Assembly: GCA_045106895.1 (NCBI GenBank)
Contig: JBGCFM010000159.1
Span: 1-21,131 of the forward strand
Reading direction: 5' to 3'
Length of the DNA stretch: 21,131 bases
Source: Polyangiales bacterium
GTDB lineage: Bacteria; Myxococcota_A; Polyangia; Polyangiales; Houyiibacteriaceae
The notes beneath the pieces are model-generated. The model worked only from the letters and a program-made list of their open reading frames with translations. It was not told the DNA's origin and ran no database searches. Shown here piece by piece: positions 18,037 through 21,131 of the stretch. Within the stretch, counting starts at the first letter, position 1. Each line of letters starts with the position of its first letter. The position numbers were made by a program, and so were the translations under genes.

Positions 18037-18513
18037 ATGGACCGAGTTCTAGAACAGCTGTTCGAATACGGAAGTTTGCGTTCCGCCCCTGTGCTTTCGG
18101 AAGAGAGCGCGGCACACCGTCGTCTGCTAGCGCGGATGCTTGGAGAGTTGCCTCCGTGGATCGCGTCGCCGCCTCCTGCCATGGAACAATGCGCCGCGTA
18201 TCCCGCACGTTTCACCGTGGTGGACGGCTTCGGCCAAGGCGAAGTTCGCTCGCTCTCCGGTGGCGGCGTTTGGATCGCGAGCAAGGCGAAGGTGCCGCTC
18301 GGGACCCATGTCTTAGTTCGCTTCGATGACAGCGAGTTTGGCTCCTACGTGTTCCCGTCTATCGTCGCGGCGCGGCGCGTGGGAAGCTCACCCGCCCTGG
18401 GAATGCAGTTCGACGGCCCTCCCGAGCGGAGCGCCTTCGACTCGGCGTGGACGCCGCGTTTCACGCTTCGCGTAGGTCAGTCGGATCAGTCGGCCTCGGC
18501 GCTCGCTTCGTAG
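18037..18513 (+). CDS. PilZ-fold protein with degenerate c-di-GMP motifs
   Basis: GEVRSLSGGGVWI...PLGTHVLVRF...YVFPSIV...ALGMQF follows the PilZ beta-barrel pattern; AAAGGTGA ribosome-binding site before ATG 18037. Confidence 0.7.
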   Translation: MDRVLEQLFEYGSLRSAPVLSEESAAHRRLLARMLGELPPWIASPPPAMEQCAAYPARFTVVDGFGQGEVRSLSGGGVWIASKAKVPLGTHVLVRFDDSEFGSYVFPSIVAARRVGSSPALGMQFDGPPERSAFDSAWTPRFTLRVGQSDQSASALAS

Positions 18514-19403
18514 GCGACGCGAGCCGTCGTGAGCTCGCGCAAGAGCGCGCTGGTGCCGATCATCCCCGTCGTGTCTTCGTTGAGCTTCGCCTCGGTCTCT
18601 GGATGCAGATAACAAACGTGCGGTAAGAACTCGACTTCGCAGAGGGCGATGGATGGGTCCGTGCCCTGAAGTCCCATGTCGATGTGGACGATCTGGAAGA
18701 AGCGCTCGAGGTAGTTTTCGATGTCGTCGTTCGAGAAGACGCCATCAAAGACATCGAGGCTTTCCGTGGCGTATTCCGCCGTGAAGACGATGACGATGGG
18801 GCGCTCGTCGATGCGCGCGGCGGCGCGGGCCTCGGGATACGATGTTGGCCACTCGAGGCGCCTGGTCACCGGAGGTCGGACGCGCTCTTCAGGCTCTTCG
18901 CTAGGGCGTTCGACGGAAGGCTCATCGCTCTCGTCGTCGCTCGCTACCGCGCCGTAGTCATCGATCTTGTCGATGGCGGACTTGATCAAGACGAAGAAGA
19001 CGAGGGTGACCACGATGACGAGACCGACGCAGCCCCACGCGCCGAAAAGCGTGGCGCGTTCGGAGAGGGGCGGAATCTTGTTGGGGTCGTAGGCTTCCTC
19101 TTCGTCTTCCGTATCCTCAGAAGCGTCGGCGTCAGAGTCTTCGGGGTCGGCGTCACCAGAGTCTTCGGTGGCGTCGGAGTCTTCGGAGTCGCCAGAGTCT
19201 TCGGAAGCAGCGGAATCGTTTTCGAAGTCGTCGCTCTCAGCGTCTTCGTCAGACGCAGTTGAATCGTCTGCTGCTTCCGCGGCTTTCGAGCCGAAGGAGA
19301 GGGAATCACCCGAGGTCTGGGATTCCGAGCCGGACTCCTCCGCGGTCGATTCGTCGGTGCTGGATTCGTCGGATTCGTCAGACGTGGGTTCGTCGCTGGC
19401 CAC
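18486..19403 (-). CDS. Single-pass membrane protein: acidic low-complexity N-terminus, TM helix, thioredoxin-like C-terminal domain lacking CxxC
   Basis: D/E/S-rich ~105 aa; TM GAWGCVGLVIVVTLVFFVLI; LEWPTSYPEARAAARIDERPIVIVFTAEY...FQIVHID...VEFLPHVCYL Trx-fold pattern; start GTG 19403 (or GTG 19418). Confidence 0.78.
   Translation of the reverse strand: MASDEPTSDESDESSTDESTAEESGSESQTSGDSLSFGSKAAEAADDSTASDEDAESDDFENDSAASEDSGDSEDSDATEDSGDADPEDSDADASEDTEDEEEAYDPNKIPPLSERATLFGAWGCVGLVIVVTLVFFVLIKSAIDKIDDYGAVASDDESDEPSVERPSEEPEERVRPPVTRRLEWPTSYPEARAAARIDERPIVIVFTAEYATESLDVFDGVFSNDDIENYLERFFQIVHIDMGLQGTDPSIALCEVEFLPHVCYLHPETEAKLNEDTTGMIGTSALLRELTTARVAYEASAEAD
19135..19204. repeat. Intragenic repeat GAGTCTTCGG x4 (encodes xEDS)
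   Basis: Copies at 19135, 19159, 19177, 19195 (spacing 24, 18, 18; all in frame). Confidence 0.8.
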
Positions 19404-19424
19404 ACGGGGAGCATACACCGTCTT

Positions 19425-20555
19425 TCACAGCGCCGAATGTTCTGCGTAAAGACGTGTGCCGGTGCCTAAACGCAGGCGCTTTCCGCGCCAGACCACGTGC
19501 CGCTGGAAAGGCGCGAGGAGCCACGCGCAGAGCGCAAGGGCATCTCGAAGGGGAGAGCAGAGGACCGCGAGGGCGAGCCCTTCGCTTCCGCGGAGGACGC
19601 TCCACGAGAGCGCGTCTCGGAAGAGGCTCAGGCCCAGCGCCCAGCCGAGGGCGAGGCCGAGGGGCGCGCCGAAGAGCGGCGCGAGGAGTGCAAGGAAGAG
19701 GGGGTACGAAATAGGCTCGACGAGAAAAGGCACCGTCACGAGGTGCAGGCGAAGGCTCCCCCAGCGAGCTTGGCGCGCCACGAAACCTCGGAGCGTTTGG
19801 CGAGCGACGACGTTGCGCACAGGAGACGCGCTTAGCGCGATATCAAAGCCTGCGCGGGTGAACATCTTGCCCAGGACGAGGTCTTCGGCGAGGACGTGGC
19901 CGACGCTGACGAGCCCACCGATGCGCGTGAGCACGGAGCGACGAAAGGCCATCGACTTGCCAACGACGGCGGGGGCGCCGCCTTCGACGGCGGCGGCGAG
20001 GCAAGGCGCGACGAAACCGTTGAGGTGCAGGTTCTCGACGTGTGCGCCGATGCTCTGTTCGCCGACGCCGACGATGGGGCTCGTCACGAGTTCGACGTTC
20101 TCTTCTTCGAGGGCGCCGGCCATCTCTCGGAGGTAGCTCGGCGAAACATGAATGTTCGAATCCGAGATCACCACCACGTCGTTCGCCGCGTAGGGCATCA
20201 TCGCGAGAAGGTTTCGTACCTTGGGATTCGGGACCATCGATTCGCCGGCGTGAACAACGACGCGCGCCGCGACGTGCGGATACTCGGCGATGAGGCGATG
20301 GGCGATGGGAAGCGCAGCGTCCTGCTCCGGAGCGCCTTGCCCTTCGACGCCAAAAATCAGTTCGAAGTCGGGGTGGTCCTGCTCGAAGAAGCTCCGGAGA
20401 TTCTCCTCCAGCGCCTCGTCGGCTCCGCAGAGCGGTTTGAACACAGTGAGCGGAGTGTCGGCATGCCTCGCCTTGTCCTTGGACTGGGCGCGGAGTGAGA
20501 GGACGCCGATAAGCGTCCAAACCGAACAGACGAGAATGAGGATGGAGTAGAGCAT
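19425..20555 (-). CDS. GT21/GT2 glycosyltransferase, HpnI / ceramide glucosyltransferase-like
   Basis: N-terminal TM, FKPLCGAD, NLRSFFEQD, NPKVRNL, VISDSN, GKSMAFRR, LAEDL, RQARW, C-terminal VVWRG. Confidence 0.9.
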   Translation of the reverse strand: MLYSILILVCSVWTLIGVLSLRAQSKDKARHADTPLTVFKPLCGADEALEENLRSFFEQDHPDFELIFGVEGQGAPEQDAALPIAHRLIAEYPHVAARVVVHAGESMVPNPKVRNLLAMMPYAANDVVVISDSNIHVSPSYLREMAGALEEENVELVTSPIVGVGEQSIGAHVENLHLNGFVAPCLAAAVEGGAPAVVGKSMAFRRSVLTRIGGLVSVGHVLAEDLVLGKMFTRAGFDIALSASPVRNVVARQTLRGFVARQARWGSLRLHLVTVPFLVEPISYPLFLALLAPLFGAPLGLALGWALGLSLFRDALSWSVLRGSEGLALAVLCSPLRDALALCAWLLAPFQRHVVWRGKRLRLGTGTRLYAEHSAL

Positions 20556-20557
20556 AT

Positions 20558-20606
20558 CCGGCTACCTAGCCGGTTTTGTGCCAACGTTGTTTTTATTGGG
20601 TTTTTA
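20558..20606 (-). promoter_or_regulatory. Candidate sigma54 promoter with phased A-tracts and an overlapping dyad
   Basis: Minus strand TTGGCAC-AAAAC-CGGCT (GG-N10-GC, 20584-20568); TAAAAAC twice at an 11-bp period (20589-20606); dyad CCGGCTA-CC-TAGCCGG (20558-20573). Confidence 0.55.
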
Positions 20607-20682
20607 GGAAATCTGGGCGCAATCGATCGTGAACAAAGCGCGTGACGAGTGACGCACTTGGGCAACGCTCTTCGCACCGGCC

Positions 20683-21131
20683 CTAGCCGAGCAACCACGT
20701 CGAGACGAGGACGGCGGCGAGGAGACGCGCCGACTCAAGCTTCCAAGCCCAGCGGCGGCCCTCGCTGAGACCCACGATGGCGACGAAGCTCGCCGCCAGC
20801 ACAGCCGTGATAACGGCGAGCTGCATGACGTTGAGCCCATGTTCGAAGAAGAGGGCGACGCCGAGGGCCGTTCCCGCGAGCGCAAACTGAAGGAGCAAGT
20901 AGGCACGCAGGCGCGAGGAGACGGGCGGTCGGTACTTTTCGTAGGTCTGGCCGTCGACCTTCGTCTCGGCTTCCGTGACACCACTCGGAAGCCAAGCCGG
21001 GTGCGCGAACCAAGCCCAGAGGCGCTCGCGGGTCGAGGGGGCGCGCTGAGCAAGAGAGACAATGCGCGCAAGATGCACGAAGTTTGCCCAGACAGGACTG
21101 TAGCTGCGCAGTGGAACCGTCGTGCCGTAGA
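20683..21131 (-). CDS. Sterol desaturase / alkylglycerol monooxygenase-like protein, C-terminal part (starts outside the window)
   Basis: Frame stays open to the window edge: YGTTVPLRSYSPVWANFVHLARI...LWAWFAHPAWLP...KY...YLLLQF + TM helices + LESARL, resembling the C-terminal half of AGMO-like fatty-acid-hydroxylase-superfamily proteins. The His boxes lie outside the window. Confidence 0.7.
   Translation of the reverse strand, partial: YGTTVPLRSYSPVWANFVHLARIVSLAQRAPSTRERLWAWFAHPAWLPSGVTEAETKVDGQTYEKYRPPVSSRLRAYLLLQFALAGTALGVALFFEHGLNVMQLAVITAVLAASFVAIVGLSEGRRWAWKLESARLLAAVLVSTWLLG

Overview
GC-rich chromosomal window; gene families and protein style suggest a myxobacterium (Myxococcota, Polyangiales-like), which is an inference. 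Left to right: the 5' part of a Tad/Flp (type IVc) pilus operon on the minus strand (two different Flp pilins, an A24 prepilin peptidase, TadE- and TadG-like pseudopilins) behind a consensus sigma54 promoter; four predicted lipoproteins (RCC1-repeat, a putative propeller protein, and an MbnP/MbnH pair); a stand-alone Hpt protein; DUF1844 plus a small conserved protein; a Ycf46-like AAA+ ATPase; tamB followed by an Omp85 gene with about 7 POTRA domains, separated by a ~550-bp repeat mosaic containing a perfect 31-bp inverted repeat; an EamA transporter; a degenerate PilZ protein; an acidic membrane protein with a CxxC-less thioredoxin fold; a GT21 (HpnI/ceramide glucosyltransferase-like) enzyme; and the 3' end of a sterol-desaturase/alkylglycerol-monooxygenase-like gene. 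No rRNA, tRNA, CRISPR array or transposase was seen. The most notable unexplained signals are the tamB-omp85 repeat element, a recurring TANNNT-N6-7-start pattern suggesting widespread leaderless mRNAs, and the dense regulatory architecture of the pilin locus. No clear-cut new multi-gene system could be demonstrated from sequence alone.
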